This document shows positions 36,421-45,591 of a stretch of DNA of 64,000 nucleotides, piece by piece. Where the stretch lies: contig JAYOYH010000002.1 in NCBI GenBank assembly GCA_038153405.1, forward strand, positions 32,001-96,000. Direction: 5' to 3'. Position 1 is the first letter of the stretch; each line of letters begins with the position of its first letter. Below the pieces are notes generated by a model that did not search any database, was not told the DNA's origin, and saw nothing but the letters and a program-made list of their open reading frames with translations. The position numbers were made by a program, and so were the translations under genes. This stretch comes from Gemmatimonadota bacterium. Its GTDB lineage: Bacteria; Latescibacterota; UBA2968; UBA8231.

Positions 36421-36621
36421 ATAATCAAGGTGGGGCCGCTGCCTTCGCCCCGAATCCACCTTTCAACCGCCCCCTTTGCCGCCCTAAAACTGGTTTGCAT
36501 CGGACCACAACTGCGACAATACGTTGGGGGCCATGACCTAGTACTTTACATGGCTTTGGGGCCTCAATACACTGTGGCAAAACCCTTTCACAACAAATTG
36601 CAAAAAGATAACAATATATCG

Positions 36622-36650
36622 TTGACAAACTTTTGCCACCCCAATATATT
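36622..36650 (+). promoter_or_regulatory. zapA promoter
   Basis: TTGACA-17 bp-TATATT. Confidence 0.7.
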
Positions 36651-36748
36651 GTCTGCCGACCACGTGGTTAGCGCGCAAAAGAGGGGGCTTCCGGGACAAG
36701 GGGAGATCACGGAAGTCCCCACTTTATATATGCATTCAAGGATGACTC

Positions 36749-37078
36749 ATGTCGCGCGATAGCGCCGTCTCCGTTAAGATTTTCAACCAGACCTATCGCT
36801 TGGCCACCAGCCAAGACCGCGATGCCGAGTACGTCGAGCGCGCCGCGGCCTACCTCGACGAAAAGATGCGCGAGGCAGCTGAACACGCCAGCCATCGGGC
36901 CCCCTTGGACATTGCCATATTAGCTGCGCTCAACATTGCCGAAGAAGTGATGGCCGCGCGCGACAAAAAGGCGCAGTTGCTCGATCGCACGGACGCGCAC
37001 ATCGATAGTTTTGCCAAGCGGCTCAACGAAGAGCATGCCGCGCCAGACGACGACTCCCCTGCTGCGCCACGCTTCTAA
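36749..37078 (+). CDS. zapA: Cell division protein ZapA
   Basis: V.VKIFNQTY.L, A.YLDEKMRE, IAILAALNIAEE. Confidence 0.92.
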   Translation: MSRDSAVSVKIFNQTYRLATSQDRDAEYVERAAAYLDEKMREAAEHASHRAPLDIAILAALNIAEEVMAARDKKAQLLDRTDAHIDSFAKRLNEEHAAPDDDSPAAPRF

Positions 37079-37097
37079 CCGACGTCTCACAATCCCA

Positions 37098-38849
37098 CTA
37101 TATGTAGTACTCCCCAGCGGTTCCCGATCTGGGCTGCGGATGCGGCTTGTTGAGAGGGCAGCGCGCCTTGTATTCGGGTGCCAGCCGCGCCCACAAATGC
37201 TCTAGGGCGTGCTGGTTCCAGCGAAAAAAATGATCGCGACCGATATAGTCCATCGCTCCCGAACGCTCAAGGGCTGCGGTAAACTGTCCCTTGGTTCGCG
37301 TGAAGTACACATCCGTGCCCACCGAACGCAGCCTTTCGATTACACCGCGCAACGCCTGCTCTCCAGAGGCATCCATTTGATTGATGCCCTCGGCGTCGAC
37401 GACTAAGTAGCGCAGTTGAGGTGCCCGGGCGGCAATTTCCAGCACGCAGTCCTCAAAATAGCTGCTCGATCCAAAGTAAAGCCTGCCATCAAAGCGCATG
37501 ATGGCGATCTGCTGATCGGGCTGCAAACTGGCCATACTCGAGCCGCGCAACGTGCCGTCGAGATGGCGCGATAACAGCGCCACGTTTGGGCGCATCATGC
37601 GGTAGAAATTGACCGCCAGCGACAGCCCCATACCCATCGCAATGCCCCAGTGCAGCGCCGGCGCCAGCGCTAGCGTCATCGCAAAAGTAATAAAGCCGAT
37701 GAAGCCGTCCTGGCGGCTAATTTTCCAGGCGTGCCACAGCGGTGCGAAGCGAACGAGTTTGGCCACGGCGACGATGATGATGATCGCCAGCGTCGCCTGG
37801 GGCAGGTAGTAGAACAGGGGCGTCAACCATAGCAGCGCAATCGTCACAACCAACGAGGTAACCACCGAACTGAACCCGGTGCGCGCACCGCTGGCGTGAT
37901 TAATCGCCGAGCGGGAAAACGAACCGGAAACGGTGTAGCTCTGAAAAAAACCCGCTGCGATATTGGCCAATCCCTGACCGATTAGTTCCTGGTCTATGTC
38001 TATGCGCTCTTTGGTCTGCATTGCGATAGCTTTGGCAATAGCAATCACCTCCATCAGGCCAATCAGCACCAGCGTCAATGCTCCCGGCAGGAGGCCGATA
38101 ACCGCGTCTATATCAAACGGCGGCAAGCGCAGCGCAGGTAAGCCGCGCGGAACCTCGCCCACTACTATACCGTCATATTCCATCCACCAGGCCACGAGCG
38201 AGGTGACGGCTACTGCAATGAGCACATTGGGCAGGTGCGGCCGGTACGCACCCACTAGCAACAAGAGCAGCCCAGCCAAAAAGGCCATGGCCACCGTCGA
38301 TTCGTGGGCGCCGTATACCCCCGCAACTACAATGTGCCATACGCCCACAATATGATTGGTTTCGTGCGCTATTTCTACGCCCAACACCTTGTGTATTTGC
38401 GACGTGGCGATAATGATCGCAGCGGCGTTGGTAAAGCCGACAACGACGGGTGCCGATAGCAAGTTGGCCAGAAAGCCCAACCGCAAAAGGCCCATTAGTA
38501 GGCGCATACAGCCCACCATGCAGGCCAGCAAAAACGAGTACCCGATAAAGGCCTCGCTGCCCACCGGTGCGACGCGCTGCACGGCGACAAAACTGATCAG
38601 TGCCGCCGTGGCCACTGTGCCCGTAGCCAACTGACGCGAGGAGCCGAAGAGCGCGGCAACAGCGGGTGGGAGAAACGCCGCATACAGGCCGTAGACCGCC
38701 GGCAGGCCAGCCAGTTCGGCATAGGCCATGGCCTGTGGAACCAGCACCATGGCGACGCTGATTCCGGCCACGCAGTCGGCCAACAGCACACGCCGATCGC
38801 GCAGTTCGGGCAGCCAGAGTAAAAATGGAAAAAATCGCTCTAATCTCAT
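37098..38849 (-). CDS. SulP-family anion transporter with STAS domain
   Basis: PQAMAYAELAG, GSSRQL, GSFSRSA, C-terminal STAS. Confidence 0.93.
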   Translation of the reverse strand: MRLERFFPFLLWLPELRDRRVLLADCVAGISVAMVLVPQAMAYAELAGLPAVYGLYAAFLPPAVAALFGSSRQLATGTVATAALISFVAVQRVAPVGSEAFIGYSFLLACMVGCMRLLMGLLRLGFLANLLSAPVVVGFTNAAAIIIATSQIHKVLGVEIAHETNHIVGVWHIVVAGVYGAHESTVAMAFLAGLLLLLVGAYRPHLPNVLIAVAVTSLVAWWMEYDGIVVGEVPRGLPALRLPPFDIDAVIGLLPGALTLVLIGLMEVIAIAKAIAMQTKERIDIDQELIGQGLANIAAGFFQSYTVSGSFSRSAINHASGARTGFSSVVTSLVVTIALLWLTPLFYYLPQATLAIIIIVAVAKLVRFAPLWHAWKISRQDGFIGFITFAMTLALAPALHWGIAMGMGLSLAVNFYRMMRPNVALLSRHLDGTLRGSSMASLQPDQQIAIMRFDGRLYFGSSSYFEDCVLEIAARAPQLRYLVVDAEGINQMDASGEQALRGVIERLRSVGTDVYFTRTKGQFTAALERSGAMDYIGRDHFFRWNQHALEHLWARLAPEYKARCPLNKPHPQPRSGTAGEYYI

Positions 38850-38864
38850 TGGATTTCACACGAG

Positions 38865-38894
38865 TTGACAGGCCGTCGAATACCGGCGTACAAT
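38865..38894 (+). promoter_or_regulatory. Promoter of the PhyH-family gene
   Basis: TTGACA-18 bp-TACAAT. Confidence 0.55.
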
Positions 38895-38942
38895 AATACG
38901 GACTTTGATCATATTATCCACTGAGAAGGAGAGAAGACAGCC

Positions 38943-39743
38943 ATGGATCTCGTCCAGTGCGAACGTTTTTTTGCCGACAATGGCTACTTAATCCTTCCCG
39001 ATCTGCTCAGCGACGAAGAAGTTTCCACCAGTCGCGCGGAGGTCGAGCGCTTGCACCGGGTGGCCGCCGACCTAGCGGCGGAAGATGCGCTGCAGCGCAG
39101 CGACTTTCAGCTCGAGCCTTATGTGCAGGGGCCGCGTGCCGACGACTTGCCCATTCTCCGCAAAATCGAAAATACGCGCAGGCACTCCGATTGGTTTGGT
39201 ACCCTAGCGTCCCATTCTCGTCTGGTTCCCGTCGTGCAGCAGTTGCTGGGCGAGGACCTGCTGCTCTTTCGCAGCACGCTCATGCTCAAACCAGCCCATC
39301 ACGGTTCTGCCCATGCGCTGCATCAGGATTCAGCCTACTGGCCGATGGATCCACCCGCACTAGTCACGGTCAGCATTGCGCTAGATGAGGCCACGCCGGC
39401 CAACGGCTGTATAAAAGTCATTCCCGGCAGCCACGAGTGGGAGCTGCAAGAATGGGGACATATCGCCCAGGCGCAGGAGGCCCCGCTCACCCAGCGTCAG
39501 GACATCGACGTATCGGCGCAAATCGACGTGCCGCTCGCCGCTGGCTCAGCAGTCCTCTTTCACAGCAAACTAGTGCACGGATCGGGCGCCAACGCGACGG
39601 ACCGTTCGCGCAATACGGCACTCTACGCATACTTTTCTTCGCGCGTCCACTACCGCCCGGCTCCCAACGCACCGCGGCGGCGCACCTTTCCCGTTATCTC
39701 CGGTATGCAGGGAGCGACAGAACACGAACTGGTGGCCGATTGA
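38943..39743 (+). CDS. Phytanoyl-CoA dioxygenase family (2OG-Fe(II)) protein
   Basis: HQDSAYW, NGCIKVIPGSH, HGSGAN.T..SR. Confidence 0.92.
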   Translation: MDLVQCERFFADNGYLILPDLLSDEEVSTSRAEVERLHRVAADLAAEDALQRSDFQLEPYVQGPRADDLPILRKIENTRRHSDWFGTLASHSRLVPVVQQLLGEDLLLFRSTLMLKPAHHGSAHALHQDSAYWPMDPPALVTVSIALDEATPANGCIKVIPGSHEWELQEWGHIAQAQEAPLTQRQDIDVSAQIDVPLAAGSAVLFHSKLVHGSGANATDRSRNTALYAYFSSRVHYRPAPNAPRRRTFPVISGMQGATEHELVAD

Positions 39744-41944
39744 TCGCCATCGGCCTGCTCGTTCTCTGCGGGCTCTCCGTCCCAGCAGTGCAGGCAGATT
39801 CCTACCAAACCCTGCCGGCTAACCTCCCCTCGCACTACGGCCTTGTGGGCGTGCGCGTAGAAAATCGCGGTGTCGACAGCCTGTATATTACCCAAGTCCA
39901 TCCCGAAGGACCGGCCGCAGCCGCAGGCCTGCGCGTCGGCGACCGCATTGTCGCCATTCCGCCGTATAAGCTGGGCACGGCCGACGAGCTAAGTCGCTGC
40001 GTTCAGAGCTTTGCTCCGGGCGAGAATACGCACATCGACATTCTGCGCGACAACCAACCGAAGCGCGTGCAGATCGCCATTACCGACGTCGGCCATCTCT
40101 ACGACTTGATGGGTAGCGAAGGTCGACGCCCCAACCCGACTGCCCGCCGACACCACCGCTGGGACCAGCAGCGCAGCGGCGCAGAAGAACTGCTCTGGAC
40201 GCTGGCCCAACGATACGATGCGGTCACAGCATTCGAGCGATTGCAGCAAGCACTGCAGATGGAAACGCGGCGCTACGGGGGCGACGAGCGCCTCGACGAC
40301 GTGCACTTTCTCCTCAACAATCCGCTGAAAGTCGATCCATTTACCCGCGACTTGGCGTCCTCCCTCGACGCCGCAGTGGATATGCGCGCCTACGTCGATC
40401 TAGCCCTTGTCCATCTGGACGGGGACCCGCGTAGGGCGCGTCGGTCGCGGTTGCCCCATGTCCCGCTTACGGAGGAAGTGCTCTTTGCCACTCTAAGTGA
40501 AGCCGCAGCGCGCGTGGATAGCGCCTTTGCGGCCATCGCGCCTTCCGAGCGCCGACACCTGCTCTCCACCCCTCCCTCTCTATTGGCGCGCTTTGCCGAG
40601 AACGGCCGCCTAGACGAGGTCGAGGGCGCGGAATACGAGGCCCACAAACGCGCACTTATCCTAGCCAAAAAAGTGGATATCGACCTGCTCTTTAGCGCTG
40701 CACTGCAGGTCGCAGACCTTGCCACCGCGCTGTCTGTACCGCAGGCATTGACCCTGCCGGCAGGTGTCCCCCCCGCGCTATCGTCCGTGGGCGGCTCTCT
40801 ACTTTACGCGCGCCAGACGCCGCTTGGATGGATTATCGTCGGCGGCACCGGTGCCAACTACTACGCCCGCGACGATATCCTGTGCATCATCGATATGGGC
40901 GGCGACGACGTATACGTGCGCTCCGCAGCCGATCCATCCACCGCCTCGTCTGGCGTGTACTTGTGCATTGACTACGGCGGCAGCGACCGCTACATAGGCC
41001 GTGCCGGCAGTGCCATTGGCGGCGTGGATCTACTAGTAGACCATGCGGGCAACGACGCCTACCAGGGGCAAGAAATGGCACAGGGCACATCGTTTTGTGG
41101 GGTTGGCCTACTCTGGGATCGCCAGGGCGACGATACCTACCGCAGCGGGCGCGCCAGCCAGGGGTGTGCATTCTGGGGAGCGGGTATACTCGTCGACAGC
41201 GACGGCGACGATCGCTATGCCATCGCCCAAATGGGCCAGGGGTTTGGCGGCGCGCGCGGCTTTGGCCTATTGGCCGATTGGCGCGGCAGCGACACCTATA
41301 CGGCGGACCACCAAGCGCCCTCGGCATACGGTATAACAGACCAGTTTTCCGGCTGGGCGCAGGGCGTGGGCTGCGGTTTTCGCGGCCAGAGTTCGGGCGG
41401 TATGGGCGTGCTCTACGACCGCGAGGGAAACGACCGCTATCAAGCGGGAGAATTCGCGCAGGGGCTAGGCTACTTCTTCGCGCTCGGCATGCTCTACGAC
41501 CGCGAGGGAAACGACGCCTACCGCGGCAGGCGCTATGCCCAAGGAGCTGCGGCCCATCAGGCCATCGGAGCGCTCGTCGACGCGGCCGGTCACGACCGCT
41601 ATTGGGCACAAACCGCCGCCGGCCAAGGCGCCGGCTGGGACGCGTCTATTGGCTATTTGCGCGATGGATCTGGCGACGATAGCTACCGCGCCGAACACCT
41701 GAGCCAAGGGGCGGCTGCCATGAATAGCTGGGGCCTGCTCATAGACGAAGGCGGCCGCGATCGCTATCGGGCGCACAGCGGCCAGGGACAGGGCGGCTCG
41801 ACGACGTATTGGGGGGGACGTGGAGCGGAAAACGCAGGCGGGTTGATCGACCTAGGCGACCAACCCGACGCGTACGGACTTCCCGAGCGGCGCGATGACC
41901 ACGCTTTCAAAACACCCGGGATTGGAATTTTTTTGGATCGCTAA
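39740..41944 (+). CDS. Exported PDZ-domain protein with Gly/Asp-rich repeats
   Basis: TTG start overlapping the phyH stop, signal peptide, GPAAAAGLRVGD, many G.L.D..G.D.Y repeats. Confidence 0.8.
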   Translation: MIAIGLLVLCGLSVPAVQADSYQTLPANLPSHYGLVGVRVENRGVDSLYITQVHPEGPAAAAGLRVGDRIVAIPPYKLGTADELSRCVQSFAPGENTHIDILRDNQPKRVQIAITDVGHLYDLMGSEGRRPNPTARRHHRWDQQRSGAEELLWTLAQRYDAVTAFERLQQALQMETRRYGGDERLDDVHFLLNNPLKVDPFTRDLASSLDAAVDMRAYVDLALVHLDGDPRRARRSRLPHVPLTEEVLFATLSEAAARVDSAFAAIAPSERRHLLSTPPSLLARFAENGRLDEVEGAEYEAHKRALILAKKVDIDLLFSAALQVADLATALSVPQALTLPAGVPPALSSVGGSLLYARQTPLGWIIVGGTGANYYARDDILCIIDMGGDDVYVRSAADPSTASSGVYLCIDYGGSDRYIGRAGSAIGGVDLLVDHAGNDAYQGQEMAQGTSFCGVGLLWDRQGDDTYRSGRASQGCAFWGAGILVDSDGDDRYAIAQMGQGFGGARGFGLLADWRGSDTYTADHQAPSAYGITDQFSGWAQGVGCGFRGQSSGGMGVLYDREGNDRYQAGEFAQGLGYFFALGMLYDREGNDAYRGRRYAQGAAAHQAIGALVDAAGHDRYWAQTAAGQGAGWDASIGYLRDGSGDDSYRAEHLSQGAAAMNSWGLLIDEGGRDRYRAHSGQGQGGSTTYWGGRGAENAGGLIDLGDQPDAYGLPERRDDHAFKTPGIGIFLDR

Positions 41945-41955
41945 ACAGACCCGGC

Positions 41956-42477
41956 TTATATCGGTCTGAGAATCAACGACATTTCGCGACCCTCCATCCT
42001 GGGATCTTGATCGACGACCGCGATATCCTCTACTTTAGTGGCCAACTCGCGCAGCAATTCGCGGCCCTTCTCCTGATAGGCCATCTGGCGACCGCGAAAG
42101 CGCACGCTCACTTTGACCCGATTGCCCTTCTCAATAAACTCGCGCATGTGCGATAGGCGATACTCGAGATCGTGCTCTGATATATTGGCCCCGTTGATGC
42201 GAATGCCTTTCATCTGCACGTTTTGCTGCTTTTTTCGCGCCTCTTTCGCCTTCTTTTCCTTATCGTAGCGGAACTTCCCGTAATCGACGATGCGGCATAC
42301 CGGCGGCTGCGCATCGGGGACAATTTCCACCAAGTCAAGCTCCGCTTCTTCGGCGATCTGAATCGCCTTGGCAATATCGACAACGCCGATCTGCTCGCCT
42401 TCTGCACCAATCAAGCGCACCTGCGGCACGCGAATATCTTCATTAACGCGCGTGGAACTCTTTCTCTTTGTTGCGAT
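41956..42477 (-). CDS. infC: Translation initiation factor IF-3 (ATC start)
   Basis: VRLIG..GEQIG, LDLVEI, PPVCRIVDYGK, VRFRGR; AGGAGG 7 nt before ATC. Confidence 0.95.
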   Translation of the reverse strand: MATKRKSSTRVNEDIRVPQVRLIGAEGEQIGVVDIAKAIQIAEEAELDLVEIVPDAQPPVCRIVDYGKFRYDKEKKAKEARKKQQNVQMKGIRINGANISEHDLEYRLSHMREFIEKGNRVKVSVRFRGRQMAYQEKGRELLRELATKVEDIAVVDQDPRMEGREMSLILRPI

Positions 42478-42593
42478 AGTATTTCCTCCTATGAGAGCGA
42501 ACGGCATGTCCTCGCCACTATGGCTTGGACATAATAGGCAGAAAGCCACCCGGCAGATTGGCACATGGGTGGCTCCTCCTGTTGATTGAGTAT

Positions 42594-42622
42594 ATCTTAA
42601 ACGCAGGGGTAAATATAATCAA
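42594..42622 (-). promoter_or_regulatory. infC promoter
   Basis: TTGATT-17 bp-TAAGAT. Confidence 0.55.
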
Positions 42623-42709
42623 GAAATTATTTTAGAGCCATGCCTTATATCGCAGGCAGAACCCCACATCTTCACCGACACTTGGTCCAATCACTCGATA
42701 AGGAGTACT

Positions 42710-43705
42710 ATGAAACGCTCGTTTGACGTCTACGGAGTAGGGCATGCCCTGGTCGATATACAATTCAAAGTGGAAACCGAAACGCTGGAGCGCTTAGGCG
42801 TTGAAAAAGGGGTAATGACCCTTATAGATGCCGATCGCCAGCAGGGCCTTTTTGCCGATATCGCCCAAGATCCCATCGCCTCGGCTTCCGGTGGCTCTGC
42901 GGCCAATACCATGATCGGCGTAGCGCTCTTCGGCGGGACGGCCTTTTACGCATGCCTAACGGGCCGCGACGCCTGGGGCGATTTCTACCAGAACGACCTA
43001 GAAAAGGCCGGCGTTGCGACCGACCCTACCCATCGCACCGATGGCATTACCGGGCAGTGTGTCGTCTTTATCACGCCCGACGCCGATCGCACGCTCAACA
43101 CCTTTCTCGGCGCGGGCAGCAAGATTGGCGTAGGACAGCTCGACGCGGAGAAGATTGCCGCCAGTCAGTATGTCTATTTAGAGGGGTATCTGCTCAGTTC
43201 GGACAACGGCTACGAGGCCTGCAGAAAAGCGCAGCACCTAGCGCGCGCGGCGGGGACCTCCGTCGCCCTCACGCTGAGCGATCCCTTTATGGTATCGACG
43301 TTTCGCGAACGCTTTGCCCAATTGATCGACGATGGCGTCGACCTCCTCTTTTGCAACGAAGATGAAGCGTGCACCTTTACCGCCTCCGACCAGCGCGAAC
43401 AGGCCGTCGCCCACCTCGGTCAACGGGTATCCATCGCCTGCGTGACCTGCGGTGCCGACGGCGCGCAGCTGCATCAGGATGGGCGGATCATCGCCATTCC
43501 CGGCGTGCCGGTCGATGCGGTGGATACCAATGGCGCCGGCGATCTCTTTGCCGGTGGTGTTCTCTACGGCCTGACGCATGGCCTCAGCGCAGAGGACGCA
43601 GGCAGGCTCGGCTCGTATGCCGCCGCACAGGTCGTCTCCCAATATGGTCCACGCCTGCAGGGCACTCTCGACACAGTGGAAGCCATTCTCGCCCGCTTTG
43701 CCTAG
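42710..43705 (+). CDS. PfkB-family kinase (adenosine kinase-like)
   Basis: GGSAANT, NEDEA, DTNGAGDLFAGG. Confidence 0.92.
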   Translation: MKRSFDVYGVGHALVDIQFKVETETLERLGVEKGVMTLIDADRQQGLFADIAQDPIASASGGSAANTMIGVALFGGTAFYACLTGRDAWGDFYQNDLEKAGVATDPTHRTDGITGQCVVFITPDADRTLNTFLGAGSKIGVGQLDAEKIAASQYVYLEGYLLSSDNGYEACRKAQHLARAAGTSVALTLSDPFMVSTFRERFAQLIDDGVDLLFCNEDEACTFTASDQREQAVAHLGQRVSIACVTCGADGAQLHQDGRIIAIPGVPVDAVDTNGAGDLFAGGVLYGLTHGLSAEDAGRLGSYAAAQVVSQYGPRLQGTLDTVEAILARFA

Positions 43706-43718
43706 GAGGCATATCGCT

Positions 43719-44675
43719 ATGAAAATACTCGTCCACTACCCATTTGACGAAGATCAATTCGAAGCGCTGCACGCTCTTGGACAACGGCTCGGTTCACACG
43801 AGGTCATCTGTACGGCAGACGATGCAATGGCCCTGGCAAACGCACCGGGCTGCCAGGTCATCATGGGCTTCTTCAAACCGGACGTCTGTGCGGCCACCGA
43901 CCAACTGCGCTGGGTGCAGTCCTTTAGCGCCGGTATGGACAAGTTCCTATTTCCCGAGATCGTCGCACGCGACGAGGTTATCATCAGCAATATGGCCGGC
44001 CTCTACGCTCCGCAAGGAGGCGAGCACGCCTGGGCACTGCTGCTGGCTCTCACGCGCGGTATAGCCGAAACCGTGCGCTCCAACGGCCAGCGGCAGTGGC
44101 GCGGAGGAGCGACGGTTGAACTCACCGAAAAAACGCTGGGTATCGTCGGCATGGGCGGCTTTGGCATCGAGATGGCCAAGCGCGCCGCCGGCTACGATAT
44201 GCGCGTCATAGCAGTTGACCCCATGCGCACTGAACCGCCGCCAGGGGTCGACGAATTGCGGGCCAACTCGCGCGACAACCTCTACGACCTACTGGCCCGT
44301 TCCGACGTCGTCATGTTGGCCTGTCCGCTCACCGACGAGACCTACCACCTGATCGGCCGCGCCGAATTGGCGCATATGAAAAAAGAGGCCTACCTAATCA
44401 ACGTAACGCGCGGGGGCATCATTGACGAAGAGGCGCTGGTCGAAGCGCTACAGGGCGGCGAAATCGCCGGCGCCGGATTGGACGTCGTAGAGAAAGAGCC
44501 ACTGGCGGCTGAAAGTTCTCTGTGGGACGCTCCCAACCTCATTTTAACGCCCCATAGAGCCGGCGCCTCTCAGCACCGACCGCGCAAGATATTCGAATTT
44601 TTCTGCGCACAGCTCGAGCGCTATATCAAGGGCGAGCGACCACTCAATATCGTCGACAAACAGCGGGGCTTTTAG
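43719..44675 (+). CDS. D-2-hydroxyacid dehydrogenase family protein
   Basis: GIVGMGGFG, NVTRG, LDV.EKEPL, TPHRAG; GGAGG SD. Confidence 0.92.
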   Translation: MKILVHYPFDEDQFEALHALGQRLGSHEVICTADDAMALANAPGCQVIMGFFKPDVCAATDQLRWVQSFSAGMDKFLFPEIVARDEVIISNMAGLYAPQGGEHAWALLLALTRGIAETVRSNGQRQWRGGATVELTEKTLGIVGMGGFGIEMAKRAAGYDMRVIAVDPMRTEPPPGVDELRANSRDNLYDLLARSDVVMLACPLTDETYHLIGRAELAHMKKEAYLINVTRGGIIDEEALVEALQGGEIAGAGLDVVEKEPLAAESSLWDAPNLILTPHRAGASQHRPRKIFEFFCAQLERYIKGERPLNIVDKQRGF

Positions 44676-44682
44676 CGCACCT

Positions 44683-45486
44683 TCAATACCCCAACTCCCT
44701 CAGATAAGCACGCATGCCGGCGCTGCGCCTAGCCTCGCTAATGGGATCGTCGCCGGCGGGTGGATCGCCCGGACAGGCCGTTACCCACCGCGAGAAATGG
44801 CGCTCAGCGCACAGGTCGAGCACTCCTTTGAAATCGAGGCACTCGGCCGCGCCGACATCGACCCACTGCGGGTTGTACTCGCCGTATTTCCTTGTGCTGC
44901 ACGATGAGTAGTCCTGCAAGTGCACGTAGTTGAGCTGTGACCAAAAGTCACCCAGCGCCTGCACCGGATCGTAGCCCCACAGCTCGGCGTGCGACACGTC
45001 AATACACAGTTTCGCCCTGTCGAGTAAGCTCATATAGAGCGTCCACTCCTCGATCGAATCGACCAGTAGGTTGGTGTGAATGTGATAGCTCAGTTCTAGC
45101 CCGTACTGCGCCGCGTATTCGGCCCAGTCCTCGGCTCCAGCGGCCGCGCGCTTTATATCGTCCTCATTGGTTGGACGCCCCTCGGGCTTGCGACCGCTCA
45201 TAAACATAAAGCAGTCCACCTCCATCTCGGCCGCGTAGTCCATGCGCCGCTTGTTGCGCTCGACGTGCTCCCAGTCGCGCTGTTCGGGCGAACCGCTGGC
45301 TGTGAGCACGGCCAGCGGCATATCGGCGTCGCGACACACCTTCCGGAGGTGGTTCGGTGGCCCCATCCAGTCGAGCGGCAAACGACCCTCCCAGCCGTCC
45401 CAACCCGCTTTTTTTAACTCGGCAAGCGCTTGGGGCAGATCCGGATTGCGCCAGCGCAGCGTGGCATAGCCCAATTTAAACGCCAT
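44683..45486 (-). CDS. Sugar phosphate isomerase/epimerase (IolE-like TIM barrel)
   Basis: GWDGWE, YHIH, DVSH, VHLQD. Confidence 0.8.
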   Translation of the reverse strand: MAFKLGYATLRWRNPDLPQALAELKKAGWDGWEGRLPLDWMGPPNHLRKVCRDADMPLAVLTASGSPEQRDWEHVERNKRRMDYAAEMEVDCFMFMSGRKPEGRPTNEDDIKRAAAGAEDWAEYAAQYGLELSYHIHTNLLVDSIEEWTLYMSLLDRAKLCIDVSHAELWGYDPVQALGDFWSQLNYVHLQDYSSCSTRKYGEYNPQWVDVGAAECLDFKGVLDLCAERHFSRWVTACPGDPPAGDDPISEARRSAGMRAYLRELGY

Positions 45487-45591
45487 AACATCCTCCTTTT
45501 TGCGCCTAAGCTAAGGCGAAGACACGCGGCGAACAACATCGTTGACCATTAGCCGCGCGAGGTCGATATTTGCAAGGCGATACAAACGACA

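Noticed and set aside
36430..36762. 110-aa ORF upstream of zapA as a zapB-like gene
   Set aside because: No coiled-coil character, no SD, and it spans the zapA promoter and leader hairpin
41409..41515. 26-bp direct repeat as a CRISPR or att site
   Set aside because: In-frame protein repeat (LYDREGND) inside a CDS
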